NCBI GenBank assembly: GCA_963844715.1
Contig: CAWJPJ010000008.1
Coordinates: 704,001-768,000, forward strand
Length of the DNA: 64,000 nucleotides
Direction: 5' to 3'
Source of the DNA: an uncultured Phycisphaerales bacterium
GTDB taxonomy: Bacteria > Planctomycetota > Phycisphaerae > Tepidisphaerales > Tepidisphaeraceae
In this document: piece by piece, positions 1 through 13,643 of the stretch
How the letters are laid out: each line of letters opens with the position of its first letter
How positions within the stretch are numbered: position 1 is the first letter of the stretch
Program-made: the position numbers and the translations under genes
The notes under the pieces: model-generated
What the model saw: the letters and a program-made list of their open reading frames with translations, nothing else
What the model was told of the DNA's origin: nothing
Database searches by the model: none

Positions 1-10
1 GTGATACAAA

Positions 11-232
11 GTGTTGGAAGGCAAACGGATCATAATCGAACAGTGGATTCATGCCCCCGCTTGTGTGGTGCGGGTTGAAGTGGAAGCGATTATTCCCGAT
101 GCCGACCAATCGGAACCTTGCCTGGAGCCGAAGACGCTACGTTTTCTTGACGAGCTTCAGGCAAAGGCTAATCAGGGGTTAGTCAACGAGCTATCTCAAT
201 TCGGAGATGTCTACGTCCGGCGTTCCGCCTGA
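11..232 (+). CDS. Small hypothetical protein
   Basis: 73-aa ORF with protein-like composition (WIHAPACVVRVEVEAIIP...PCLEPKTLRFLDEL); no recognised family. Confidence 0.55.
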   Translation: MLEGKRIIIEQWIHAPACVVRVEVEAIIPDADQSEPCLEPKTLRFLDELQAKANQGLVNELSQFGDVYVRRSA

Positions 233-324
233 CCGAAGCACCGGCATATCTCGGAGAAGTGCAAAGCCATCAAAACGGATCCAGTGTATCCCTCAGCGGA
301 ATCTCCGCATAGCGGCCAAGGAGT

Positions 325-2798
325 CTACGGATAGGAGACCTTCACCTGACTATAGATATTCGCGCATCCGCTCGCCGAAACGCCCGCGCCGCCGAAGGAG
401 CTGGGGATGATCGTCCCGTGCATGGACAAGGTTTGATCATCGACGGTGTTGTGCGCATCGACCGAGATCGTTGACCCGACCACTTTCAGCGTGAGGATCG
501 TGTTGCGCTTGAAGACGCCGGATTGGATCTGCGTATCGTTCAGCGGCGTGCCGACGCCGTTGTCGATTTTATAGAACTGATAGGTGCACGCGGCCGCGGA
601 TTTGGTGGTTCGCCAGTACCTCAGCGAATACCCGGTATTCGTGCGCGGGTCGTACTTGATATAAATATCGCCGTGGGAGTTGCGCGTGCCGGTGTCGTCG
701 GGCGAGCCCGGGACGGCAAACACCGTTCCCTCGGTCTTGTCGGGAGTCACGACCAGATCAACCTGCATGTCTCCGGTATTCCCATCCTTAAAGTAGTAGA
801 GATAGCATCCCTCGCCCCGCGATCCGCGCTCGCCTGTCCCGGCTCGCACGCCATATCCGTTGGTCAGATCGTCGCGGGCGATCACCCTCCAGACGCCGAT
901 GATGTTCCAAATCCCGGGAGTCAGGGCGTCCGTCGGCGACTCGACAAAATTTCTGAAATCCGGCGACACCGTCGAGGATGGGATGTCCGCCGATGCGATG
1001 GGAGCCGCGGCGTTTGCGAACACGGCGGGGCCGGGATCGGAAATTGCAAACTTCGGCTCGACGCTGACGCGCAAGAATTTTCCGACGTCGCCGGGCATGA
1101 GCGTGTATTCCATCAGGGGCTGATTCCCGCGACTCACGGCGACTTTTCGCGCAGTTCGTTCCCGAGTCGTCGTCGCACGTGTACCACGTCACTAGGCTCT
1201 GATCCGCTCGCCCGCCCAGATCAAGCCCATACTCAACGCGCACCTTCCCATCCGCCGGCGGATCGAGCTTCGGAGCGCTGGCGACTTTCGGCGGGTCGAT
1301 GAATTTCGGCTCGACGTAAACGTATGCGGTGACATAAAAACCGTCGGAGGCGGTGGCGTTGATCGGAACGTACTCGGCTTCCTCGGTCGTGTTCGTTCCC
1401 GTGACTTCAATCTCCGGCCCCGTGGTCTGGCTCAGCGCCGCCAGATTGGATTTGGTTGACCAGGTGATCGTTTGGTCGGTCGCATCGATTGGAAGAAGAG
1501 CCGCACTGAGTTGCACACCCGGGCCGCCAGTGCGAACAGTCACGGATACAGCCGGCGACGATCCCGTATCGATTCCCGCCGCCCGTCCGGTCGCTTCCTG
1601 ATCCGCCTTCCCCATCTTCAGCGCGATCCGATATACCGGATTGCCCGGCGCGGTTTTTTCGTACTGATCTCTTACGCCGGCCGGGTCCCAATCGTCCGCC
1701 GGGCCATTTCGCGGGCGCGCAGCAAGTTCCACGGGTTGTAAGCCAACAGTTCCTGATCGGAGAGTTCGCGCGAGTAAGTGAAGGCGGGGGGGCTGACCGA
1801 GTCGTCGTAAATGACGGCAGGTTTCCCGGCGGTGTCCTTGTTTTTATAGGTGAGCGAATACTGATTCGGCCGCGGCACGGCCACGCCTCTCACCCACGCC
1901 ACGCGATTGCTCAGCGTCGAGACCGGCACCGTGCAGTCAATCAGCGTATCAGGCCGGGCGGCGCTGCCGAACTCGGCTTTATAGAATTCCATTCCGCGCG
2001 TCGCGTCGAATTTGCAATTGAAGAAGACAATGTTCGACGCGGACATCACGCCGCACCCGTCGGATAGGCCAGTTCGCAATCCTGCCAAACGCTCATCTGC
2101 CCGCCGCCCATCCAGTCGTCCGTCCCCTCGATATAGACGTTTTTGAAATACGATCGCGTTGTGCGCAGGAACATCGTGTCCAATCGCCCCAGGATCGCGA
2201 CGTTTTCATAAACGTGCTTGTCGCCCGCGGCCTGGAGGGCGACCGCCTGGGTGATCGTGGGATTGCGCAGGGTCAGATTTTTGCTCGGGTCGCCGGGGTA
2301 TTCGTAATCGCAGTTGCAGTAGTTGAGGATCGTCAGGTTTTTGGCCGTGAATCCCGTCGCGTTCACATCGAGCAGATATCCATCGTCGCTGGCCCCTTCG
2401 TCGAGCCCGCGATTGTCCGCCAGCACGACGGCCCGCCGGTTGTTCGTCAAACCCAGAAGAGTGATCCAGTCCTTGGTGATGCCCAGGCTCGGCTGCCGCT
2501 CCAGGCTCCCGCTGATCTGATAAACGCCCGGCTTGATCCCGATCACCGTCGGCTTCTCTTCAGTCCCCGCCGGCGCGGCGGCATACGCGGCCTGCAACGT
2601 CGTAAATTTCCGATTCACCGGATCGTCGGCGGGGAGAGTCGCGTCAACCAGATAGTCGTAAGTCAGCTTTGCCGGATCGATCGAATTGTCGATCGGCTCC
2701 GAACCGGGCGCGACTTTGTCCTGCCCATGGGCGGGCGTTCCCGAGCCAATCAAAATAAAAATGCCAATAAGGGGAAGAAGAGCCGCGTTAAATTTCAT
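325..2798 (-). CDS. Secreted pectinesterase (CE8-like) multidomain protein; split by 3 apparent frameshifts
   Basis: Signal peptide MKFNAALLPLIGIFILIG; CE8-like motifs FTTLQAA, IKPGVY, FTAKNLTILN, QAVAL..GDK, LGRLDT, YIEGTDDW. Continues through ORFs 2046-2915, 1672-2088, 788-1732 (Ig-like ITWS segment) and 325-1137. Confidence 0.75.
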
Positions 2799-3189
2799 GC
2801 CTCGGGCCTCGCGCAGGATTTTACTCCGCCAGATGGACCAGCTTATCGTTTGCGTTGAATTTGACCATATGAAGTTGCGACAGACCTGTCGTTGGAATTC
2901 ACACATCGCCGACAAAACTCGAATTGGAATCCGCGATTAGGGGGCGAGGTTGGGCTCGCGCACGAGACTGGAGAGGGATTCCGATCTTGGAGCCAGCCCT
3001 TTAGTCGCGAATTGAACGCCTTTTTGTTGTTAAAACGGACATACGGCGGTCGATTCTGCACAGTCTACCACGACGTGGTTCATATAATATGCTCAAAAAT
3101 AATGAGTTACGATTCTATAAACGTTGCCATTAGACAATTAAAGACTCACGATCTTTTTTTCCGACATAGCTTGCTATATAATTATGGTC

Positions 3190-4263
3190 ATGGCAAAACC
3201 CAAGCAACCAGGCGATTCCGAGGGCGCGCGGCGCAGATATGTGTCGCAGGCGGATGTTCCCTTCTTTCCACTTACGCAGGCGATCCGAATTGCCCGCGCG
3301 CTTGCGGACAATTTCGCCGCAAGGGACGCGAGGCCAATCCAACTGGCCCAGGCGTTAAATGTCCAGCCGTCCTCAGGTCCCTTCCGAATGCTGTGCGGCT
3401 CGTCAATTGCCTATGGACTTACGGAGGGAGGGTATAACGCAGCGGCGATAGCGTTAACCCAATTGGGCAAGCGAGTCGTCACGCCTACCACCGAGGGCGA
3501 CGACGCTGCAGCAATGAGGGAGGCTATGTTGAAACCGCGTGTGCTCGGGGAATTCCTAAAGCGTTACGATGGGTCCAAGCTTCCGCGGGAAGACATCGCC
3601 TGTAATGTGCTGGTTGAGCTAGGCGTTCCGCGGGAATCGGCAAAGCGGACCTTCGACTCGATTGTAGATGGAGCAAAAACTGTTGGATTCTTTCGGCAGA
3701 TTAACGGGTCGGACTACATCGACTTGCAGGGTACGCCCAGCGAAATGGCATCGTCTGAGGAGTGTATTCCCGAGGCGGGGGAGATTGACGTTGTTGATGT
3801 GACCGATGAGGAAGGCGGCGTCCCACCGAAAATATCGGCGCTCCCGGCCGTGACAAATATAAAGGCTAACGCCCAAGCAAAAGTCTTTGTCGCACACGGG
3901 CATGACCTCAAACTTCTTGAGCAGGTCAAGACTATGCTGAACGTGGCGGAGGTGGAGTATGAAATTGCCGAGGAGGAGCAGACCACCGCGATTCCCGTTC
4001 CGGACAAAGTCAGCGCGGCGATGCGAAGGTGCAACGCAGCTTTGATTTGTGTCACGGGAAGCGACGTAAATCAAAACGTATTGATCGAGATCGGTGCCGC
4101 ATTCGTCCTGTACGGCAACGAACGCGTTATTCTGCTTTGGCAAAAGGGGACACAGGTGCCCTCCAATTTGCAGGGTCTCTATCGTTCTGAGTTCGATCGC
4201 GCCGATCTGTCTTGGTCGGAAGGAATGCGTTTAATGGAAGCAATTAAGAAGCTCAAGGCTTAG
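3190..4263 (+). CDS. Protein with C-terminal TIR-like predicted nucleotide-binding domain (Cap12/Pycsar-type TIR)
   Basis: C-terminal KVFVAHGHD...IPVPDKV...NQNVLIEIGAAFVLYG..VILLWQKGTQVPSNLQGLYR with the conserved Glu; helical/HTH-like N-terminus. Alternative start at 3184. Confidence 0.8.
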   Translation: MAKPKQPGDSEGARRRYVSQADVPFFPLTQAIRIARALADNFAARDARPIQLAQALNVQPSSGPFRMLCGSSIAYGLTEGGYNAAAIALTQLGKRVVTPTTEGDDAAAMREAMLKPRVLGEFLKRYDGSKLPREDIACNVLVELGVPRESAKRTFDSIVDGAKTVGFFRQINGSDYIDLQGTPSEMASSEECIPEAGEIDVVDVTDEEGGVPPKISALPAVTNIKANAQAKVFVAHGHDLKLLEQVKTMLNVAEVEYEIAEEEQTTAIPVPDKVSAAMRRCNAALICVTGSDVNQNVLIEIGAAFVLYGNERVILLWQKGTQVPSNLQGLYRSEFDRADLSWSEGMRLMEAIKKLKA

Positions 4264-4491
4264 GCGGGAATGAGCGAAACTGAGTCGGAAGAGCGGGCAT
4301 AATCCGGTTCGGCCGCCCGGGAAGCGAGTGATCATGATAGCTTGCACCGTTCTGCGGTCCCCGCTCTTCCGACTTTGCTTGCGCACCACTGCGGAATGTT
4401 GTTAGGGTCGAGGGGCGGCTTACGTTTGTGGGCCATTCTAGATATTGGACGAATAACGCGGAAGCAAGGCGAGGATTATGTTACTGAGGGT

Positions 4492-5076
4492 ATGAAAATG
4501 AATATTAGCCGATATGAACCATTTGACCGCATCTGTAAGCTCATCAACGATTTGCCGAAACACGACTTCGGTAGGAAGGACATCCTTCAGCTCATATGTA
4601 TTTCAATAGGTGTGCCGGCCCAAGAGACCGGTCTTCCGATCACGCTTGATCGCAAGATTGGGCAGATATTTTGGGATTATGAGGCCAGTCAATTGCGAGA
4701 TAGATTGACGGCCCTTCTTGACCGCATGGACGTGCAGCCGGATTTTTTGGTCAACGGAATTCTGTGCGCGATAGACAACTACCTTGTTGGATTCACCGAC
4801 CCGGAGCAGATACGGCGCGCGATCGATCATCACCGGCGGATTATAGACAAGGTTCAGGCCGAAAAGATGCTACCTGTCGAAGGTCGAAGCCAAAAAATAG
4901 ATGATCAATCCCTTGATCACCTGAGGGAGTTGAGCGAGGCGGCTATCAAGCGCGGCGGAAGCGGGGAATACCGACGCCGTGGACACGCAAGAATCGGTTG
5001 CGCGGCTGGAAGAGGAACTCTTTCCCGACGGGTTCTGGGAAGCCTATTGGGCGTCAAATCTCAAATTTCCTCAATA
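4492..5076 (+). CDS. Hypothetical protein (lower GC), one apparent frameshift near 4952
   Basis: ATG at 4492 after GAGGG; a frame change at AAGCGCGGCGG restores a plausible C-terminus (AEAGNTDAVD...WEAYWASNLKFPQ*). Confidence 0.55.
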
Positions 5077-5191
5077 ATCGCCCCGAGGAGTCGCCCGTTT
5101 GACACCCCCAACCCCCAGATTAGACTAAAAATCCGGCGTCCGGCCCGACCGGGCGCCCTCGTTCAAGAAATCCCATAATTTCGTCCGATAA

Positions 5192-7095
<1,904 letters not shown>

Positions 7096-8442
7096 CGCGG
7101 CGTAGGCGCAGATTCGCCCCCTCATCCCCCAGCGCGATAATTCCAAACCCACCGGGATCATCAGCAGCGGGAGCATGAACATCCAATAACGGATCGTCTC
7201 CCCGGGAAGAATTCCCGTTAAATCCACAACCAGGATTTGTGCCAGGCAGAGAAGACAGAGCTTGAACTGCCAGGCACTTTTCGCATGTCGCCCCGGAAGG
7301 AAATAGTAGATCGCCAGTAAACAGCCGATCCAACCGGTCCCCATGGCGAAGCTATACAGATCCCACGGAATCGTCCCCGGCAAAGTGCGAAGCGGAAAAC
7401 CCGTGCTGGCGCACCACTGGCTCATCTTGATGTGTTCGGTATGCCACGCGGCTTTAAATGTGACGATTGCGTTGAAACCCGTCGCCAGCCAGAGGGCGAC
7501 ATAGAAAGCCGCAAGAACGATCAACGCCGCGGCGGCGTGCCACGCGATCCGGCCCAGGGCGCGGATTATTTCCCGGCCGGATTTTCAAAAACGTGATGCC
7601 CGCAAGAAAGACGATCAGCACCGCCGGGATATAGGCAAAGAAAAAAGTCCCCGCGAGGGAAAAGCCGAACAAGAGCGAGAAGATCACCCGATCCGTTCTC
7701 ATCGCCATCGACCAGAGCAGGACGAGCAGCACCGTCACCGGCGGAAAAATCTGATCGGATGTCGGATAGATCAAAACAAGGGACGGGCACATGCCCAAAA
7801 AACCGGCTCCGCAAAACGCGGCATCGCGATCCTGCGTGAAATGCGCGATGAACAGGTAGCACGCCGGGACCGATAGCGCCGCCATCCCGGCGGTAATCAG
7901 GCCCACGATCGTCGGCGTCGCCGATCCCAGGCCGAATTGATTCACCAGCCAAAGACAAACCAGCCCCAGCCCCGGTGGCTTGTTATACGCATGCCCCATA
8001 GCAAAAGGCAAAATCACCGGATAATCCGTAAGGATCTTGGCGATACTCCAGCCGCTATTGTGAAACCGCACGCCTTCCGTGAGATATCCGCCGTTGGACG
8101 CGTTATTGACGGCCCAGCCGATCGCGCTGAAATCGTGAACCGGAAATTCGACCATCCGAAACGCAATCATCAATGCGAACGTCGAAGTGCAGAGCAACGC
8201 CAGCGCTGGCCATCTCGCCCCGGGGCGCCGCGCGTCAAGCCACTGGCCGAGAAAAAACGGCACGCCGCACGCGGCGGCGATTCCGTAGACGCTCGCCGAC
8301 GGCAGATGTGTCCAACTCCACAGCATGTAGCGCTGATCGTTCAGCCGCCAGTGGTGTCCGAAGACCGCCCAGACAAGAACGCCGGCGATGCCCAGCAAAA
8401 GCAGGAGTTTTACGGGGTTAGTTTTCCTGGCGACTGGCTCGG

Positions 8443-9745
8443 TCATGTCGATTGGCTCAGCTTGCGCGCAGCTCGAGGGCCTGCTGCTTACCCGTGATGC
8501 GCCCTCGAGCTGGGCATCGTACACGTCATGGAGGATTCGCTTGAAGACAGGCCCCGGCTGAAATCCGACAGCCGTGAGGTCGTCCCCCGTCAAAAGCGCC
8601 TCAGGCGCGTTCGCCTCGGTTTGCAAAGTTGCGAACTCCGCCTCGAGGGCCGCAATCCGATCCGACTCGATTCCAACCGAAGCCAAAGCGCCCATCAGCA
8701 GGCGGCTCGATTGTGAACTTGCCGTCGCCAGAAACCGTTTCTTTGTCGCCAGCGTCGGGGGATTTTTCTCCAGCTGCGGGCCGATGCTTTGCAGAATCTC
8801 CGAGGCCTCGTCCGATTCGCTGTTGCTCAGGCGCAGCGACTGCCGCATCGCTCGAATCGCCAGCGAGACTTCTTCGCGCGTCAAAAGTGACTGCACGGGT
8901 TTGCCAGGATCAGTCTGAATGCGCACGCACAATGTCGCCGCGGCGATCGCCAGTGAAAACGATGTCCCCTCGGCTGGCGCGATGCGCAGAAATATCGACC
9001 TGTCCAAGTCCATCCGCGCCGGCAGCCCCGGAAGAAATCGAAAAAGGATTTCCCCCAGCTCAAGCTGCCAAAGCAGCGGCCAGGCGAGGCCCCGAGTCGC
9101 CGGGGAAAACATCAATCGCAATTCGTCTCCGACTCGCTCGGGACTTATCCCCTTGAGTTGCGGAGCCGCGTCGCGGATGGCGTCGGCCGTCTTCGGCTCA
9201 ATTTGCAGCGAAAACCGCGCCGCAAAGCGCACCGCCCGCAACAGGCGCAGATGGTCCTCGGAAAATCGCTTCGCCGGATCTCCAATTGCCCGCAGCACGC
9301 GATTCTTCAGATCGGCTTGCCCGCCGACGTAATCGATCACCTTGTTTTCCAAAGGATCGAAAAACAGACCGTTGATCGTGAAATCGCGCCGCTGGGCGTC
9401 CTCCTCGGCGGTCGCGAATCGCACGCTCGAAGGCCGCCGCCCGTCCTCATAAGGCCCATCCGTCCGAAACGTGGCCACTTCGACGACGCTCTTGCCGTGC
9501 CGAACCAGGATCACGCCGAACGCCGCCCCCACGGCTTGAGTGTCCGAAAAAAGTCCCCGCACGCGCGGCGGCGGTGCATCCGTCGCGATGTCATAATCCT
9601 TTGGCTCCAGACCCAGTAGCGCGTCGCGCACGCTCCCCCCGGCGAAATACGCCTCATGTCCCGAATCGCGCAATCGCTTTAGCACCGCCAGCGCATCGGC
9701 CTGGCGGCAGGGGGGCTTGGGGCGAGGATCGGCAGGGGTGGTCAT
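8443..9745 (-). CDS. cca: CCA tRNA nucleotidyltransferase (poly(A) polymerase family)
   Basis: AGGSVRDALLG..PKDYDIAT, EVATFR, EEDAQRRDFTINGL, FSEDHLRLLRAVRFAARF, ISPERV, LLTGDDL...PGP. Restoring the C-terminal frame gives an ATGA overlap with the next gene. Confidence 0.9.
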
Positions 9746-9785
9746 CCGCCGCGACATCATATCAGGAGACGACGTGCGCTCTCTA

Positions 9786-9905
9786 CTCCCTCGCCCAGTC
9801 CTTCAGTTCCGGCACGGTGGGCGGGGGTGAGGGGCGGCGCTCGACGTTCGAAAATCGCCCCTCACCCATCCTGCGGAAACTAAACGAGGACGCGGGGAGA
9901 GGGGA
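9786..9905. repeat. REP-like palindromic intergenic repeat
   Basis: GGGTGAGGGGCG...CGCCCCTCACCC inverted core flanked by TCCCTCGCCC/GGGGAGAGGGG; same family as copies at 13505, 27707, 30538, 42025 and 18643/19681. Confidence 0.75.
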
Positions 9906-11979
9906 TAGATGGTGCGCGCCGAGATTTTGATGTACTGCCGAGGAGCATCTCCACGCACAACAGCAGCAACACCACCGCGATCGGCCCGCTCCATCGCGGC
10001 TGCGGGCGCGAGGCGTCGGCGATTCGCGCCTCGAGTTGCGCCGCCGATGGAGCGATGAGAAAATCCGCGGCTCGCCGGGGCAATTTCCGTGGCGGTGCGA
10101 TATTCCAGGTCGGCCTCAGCGGCGGGATATTGCACGTTTGAATACGCCACGATCTGGTCGCCCTGTTTCCAGACATAAATCCCCGGCACTTCCGCCGGCT
10201 CGGAAATCCACCGGCGGCCCTGCGCATCGCCCGTCTGCTCAATACGGTATGGCGTTCCATTCGGCGGATACAAATCCAGGGGGCCATCAAACGGCCCCGT
10301 CAAAATCAGGCGATGGCCGATCTCGACGTTCAATGCCTGATCTTCCGCCGGCGGCCGAAGGGCGCAGTTCACAAGCATCGGCAGGAAAAGCTCCGAGGCG
10401 GCTAGATTCCCATACAGCGGCGTCGGAAGCGTGTTCCAAAAATAGACCTGCCCGCTGCCGATCTTTCGCCTCGACAACAGAGGCCACGCGCCGCGCGCAG
10501 AATCGTCTGGACCGCCGGATCGGCGATCTGCATCGGCACGATCCGATCCAGCCGCAAGCCGCCGGATGCAGACTCGTCCGTTCCCACGCCGCTAAGAAGC
10601 GGATCATTCGGCCGGGAAACGGAACCGACATACGGCCCCGAATCCGGCGACATGACCGGGTCGCCAGGAAGAATGCTTTCGATTAGTTGCCGCTGTTCCG
10701 TCGGCAAAGCCGCCCATTCCTGTTCCAACCCGGGCTGGGCGAATAAAACCAGCGTGCCGCCCTGACGCACAAAATCACTCAACTCATGAACCCGGGTGTC
10801 ATCCGGCCATTGCGTCAGATTCCCGACCAGCAAATCCTCATCCCCATGCACGGGCCCGGCCGCTCGCAATGCGATCGGCCAATCCGGCTGACTCCCCTGG
10901 CTCGGGTCCAACGCCAGCCGAACGATTTCATCCGCCTGATTATCACTTGGCCCCAGCGTCAAAATCTGCGCCACCGCCGGCGGAGGGAGATGGATCAATT
11001 GCGATCGCTGTGCCGCCCAACCCAGCCGGTCGGGCGTCGCCAGGGAAGCGGTCAGCAAAATCCACCGCGATCCGGAAAACGTCAGCGGCGCTCGCAATGT
11101 CGCGCGTCCCGAACCGTCGAGATGCGCCATCGGCAGATCAGCAGCGGGCACCGGTGCCCCGGAATCCAACTGGCGGCTGGTGAGATTCACCGCCACCGAT
11201 TCATTCGTGCGCCCCATCACGTCGATCACAACCTGCGCGCCGATCCCAACCCGCGGCTGCGATGGATCGGTCCGAACCCCCAAAATCGCCGACGATGACG
11301 CATTTTTCGGATGCAGGTCGATCAGCGCCGTTCGAACCCCAGGAATGGCCGTCAAAGGCGCGGGAAATTCCCGGCTTTGAAGATCGCTCACGATCACCAG
11401 CCATTTCTGATCCTCGTTGCGCTGTTTCAATGCCTCAGCGGCCGCCGCGATTCGATCCGCCAGAGGCGACAGCGCCGGCTGAAGCGAAAGCATCTTCCAA
11501 TTCGCCAAACACGCCTCGGCGGATTCAAATCGCTCGGCGCTGGGATTCGTCCGGCTCGTGAAAACCGCCACCCGCGCATTTTGCAGGTTCTGTGAAAGAA
11601 TCTGATTCACAGTCTGGTCGGCTTTGCCGAGCAACGACGTCCCGCCGTCGCGCAGCGCCATCGAGTAACTGGTATCGACGACAATTGCCGCCGCTACGGA
11701 CGCGTTCGCCGACCAATTCGCCGCCAGCTTCCGCGCCGGCTGGGCAATCGCCCAGATAAGAAGGGCAAGCAAAGCCGTCCGGCATCCCAAAAGGACCCAC
11801 CGCCGCACGCGCCGCCGGCCGGCGGTCTGCCGCAGGCTGCTCCTTACGAACCGCAACGTGCTGAACGGAACCACCGGCGATTTGGATCGCACCACCAGGT
11901 GGATCAGAATCGGCAGCGCCGCCACCGGCAGCGCCCATAACGCGGCCGAGAAAAGGAAATTCAAGCCAAATAAATTCAC
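9880..11979 (-). CDS. BatA-domain / vWA-domain membrane protein (frameshifts near 10490 and 10075)
   Basis: BatA N-terminus LWALPVAALPILIHL...FSTLRF...WVLLGCR; vWA MIDAS IVVDTSYSM and IVSDLQ; C-terminal TM helix LLLCVEMLL. Confidence 0.8.
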
Positions 11980-11982
11980 GGG

Positions 11983-12858
11983 TTATTTCCGCGCCCCCAG
12001 CCAGCGAACCAGCGCCGTCGCATAAGGCTGATCGACGAAGAACGACTGATATTCCACTTCCGAATCGCTGCACGCCCGGCGGATTTCCGTCAGATATTCC
12101 CGCACCTGCGCCAGGTACTCCTGCCGCAATTCCCCCGGCTCGATCTGAAGCTTCTCATCGGTTTCCAAATCCAAAAGCGTGACGCGCCGATCGAAGGGGA
12201 ACTCCGTCTCCGCGCGGTCCAAGAGATGCAGGACGATCGCCTGATGTTGCCGCCGGCGCAGATGCTGAAGCGACGCCGCGAATTGCCGCGGATCGATCCA
12301 CAAGTCGCTCACCAGCATGACCAGGCTTCGGCGCGGAAGCCTCTCCGCCAGTCCGTGCAATTGCGCGGCCAAATCCGTTCCCTTGCCCGGTTCAAGCTTT
12401 TCCAATTCCACAAAGACGCGGTCGAGATGTGCCGCGGACGATGCCGCTGATATCTCGACGCGGATCGAATCGTCAATCGCCGCCAACCCCGCTAAATCCT
12501 GCTGCGCCGCCAGAAGATAAGCCAGGCACGCGGCCAGGTGCTTTGCGTAATCCAGTTTCCCGGCAAATTTCATGCTGGCGCTGTTGTCCAGCACGATCAT
12601 CGCACGCAGGTTCGTCTCCTGCTCGTAGAGTTTGATGTAGTGCCGATCGGAGCGCGCGTAGACCTTCCAGTCGAGATGCCGAATTTCGTCGCCCGGCACG
12701 TAATTTCGATGCTCGGAGAATTCGACGGAGAACCCGCGATGCGGGCTTTTGTGAAGTCCGGTGATGATCCCCTCGACGACCTGCCGCGCGACGAAATGGA
12801 GCCGGGCGATTCGAGCCGCGTCCCCGGGCGAAAAATAGGCGTAGCGATGAACCGGCAT
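11983..12858 (-). CDS. DUF58 domain protein (MoxR-associated vWA)
   Basis: GLHKSPHRGFSVEFSEHRNYVPGDEIRHLDWKVYARSDR..IKLYEQETN; LDNSASM; LVSDL. Confidence 0.9.
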   Translation of the reverse strand: MPVHRYAYFSPGDAARIARLHFVARQVVEGIITGLHKSPHRGFSVEFSEHRNYVPGDEIRHLDWKVYARSDRHYIKLYEQETNLRAMIVLDNSASMKFAGKLDYAKHLAACLAYLLAAQQDLAGLAAIDDSIRVEISAASSAAHLDRVFVELEKLEPGKGTDLAAQLHGLAERLPRRSLVMLVSDLWIDPRQFAASLQHLRRRQHQAIVLHLLDRAETEFPFDRRVTLLDLETDEKLQIEPGELRQEYLAQVREYLTEIRRACSDSEVEYQSFFVDQPYATALVRWLGARK

Positions 12859-12868
12859 AAGCGAGCTT

Positions 12869-13426
12869 TCACGAATGCGCGAGCAATTCGATCCGCATCC
12901 CGCCGTAATCGCGAACATCGTAACGGCGCAAACCAGGCAGTTCCACGTTGTCTGCGACTTCGTGACGAAAGACCACGATGCCGCTCGGAGACAAATGCTT
13001 GCCGACCAGAAACGAGGCCAGAGTCGAAATGGAATCCGGCTTTTCCCGCGTCATCCCATAAGGCGGATCGAGGAAGATCAAATCGATCGGTTCCGCGCAG
13101 GACGGGGCATCCGCCGCCCATAAAAAGATATCCTCGGCGATCACCTGGGCTCGATTCTCAAGATTCAACGCATGGAGATTCTGCCGCAGGAGGCTGATGG
13201 CGGATCGATCGGATTCAAAAAACGTCGCGAACCGGCATCCGCGGCTCAAGGATTCCAATCCCAGACTCCCCGTCCCCGCGAAGCAATCGTAAACCAGCGC
13301 CCCCTCGATCCGAGGGGCCAAAACGTCAAACAGGGACTGTTTGGCCCGATCGGTAATCGGCCGGGTCACCATCGAATCCGGGGGAAGGATTTTCCGCCCG
13401 CGAAGCTCGCCCGCAATGATGCGCAT
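12869..13426 (-). CDS. rsmD: 16S rRNA (guanine966-N2)-methyltransferase
   Basis: MRIIAGELRGRKI...TRPITDRAKQSLF, DCFAGTGSLGLESLSRG, IFLDPPY. Confidence 0.92.
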   Translation of the reverse strand: MRIIAGELRGRKILPPDSMVTRPITDRAKQSLFDVLAPRIEGALVYDCFAGTGSLGLESLSRGCRFATFFESDRSAISLLRQNLHALNLENRAQVIAEDIFLWAADAPSCAEPIDLIFLDPPYGMTREKPDSISTLASFLVGKHLSPSGIVVFRHEVADNVELPGLRRYDVRDYGGMRIELLAHS

Positions 13427-13504
13427 TTGCGCCAATCTAGCCTCCCCCCGCGGTGTTTGGCTACAATCGGCTCAGACGCACAGCGCGACCGCAGTCTCCT
13501 TTAC

Positions 13505-13606
13505 CCCCTCTCCCTGTACTCGGGGGGAGGGCCGGGGTGGGGGTTCTTTCGGTTGCGGTGGGAATGCCCCTCACCCTAACCCTCTCCCCGAGTACAGGGA
13601 GAGGGG
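13505..13606. repeat. REP-like palindromic repeat (complete doublet)
   Basis: CCCCTCTCCCTGTACTCGGGG (13505-13525) is perfectly inverted at 13586-13606; inner GGGTGGGGG/CCCCTCACCC. Confidence 0.85.
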
Positions 13607-13643
13607 ATGAGAAGAATGAGTTCGCCCCGTCGGGAGGATCGCC

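Noticed and set aside
7454..9760. 768-aa CCA enzyme-membrane protein fusion in the ORF track
   Set aside because: Indels at about 8465-8500 remove the natural cca stop. Repair gives ...LARKLSQST* with an ATGA overlap onto a separate gene.
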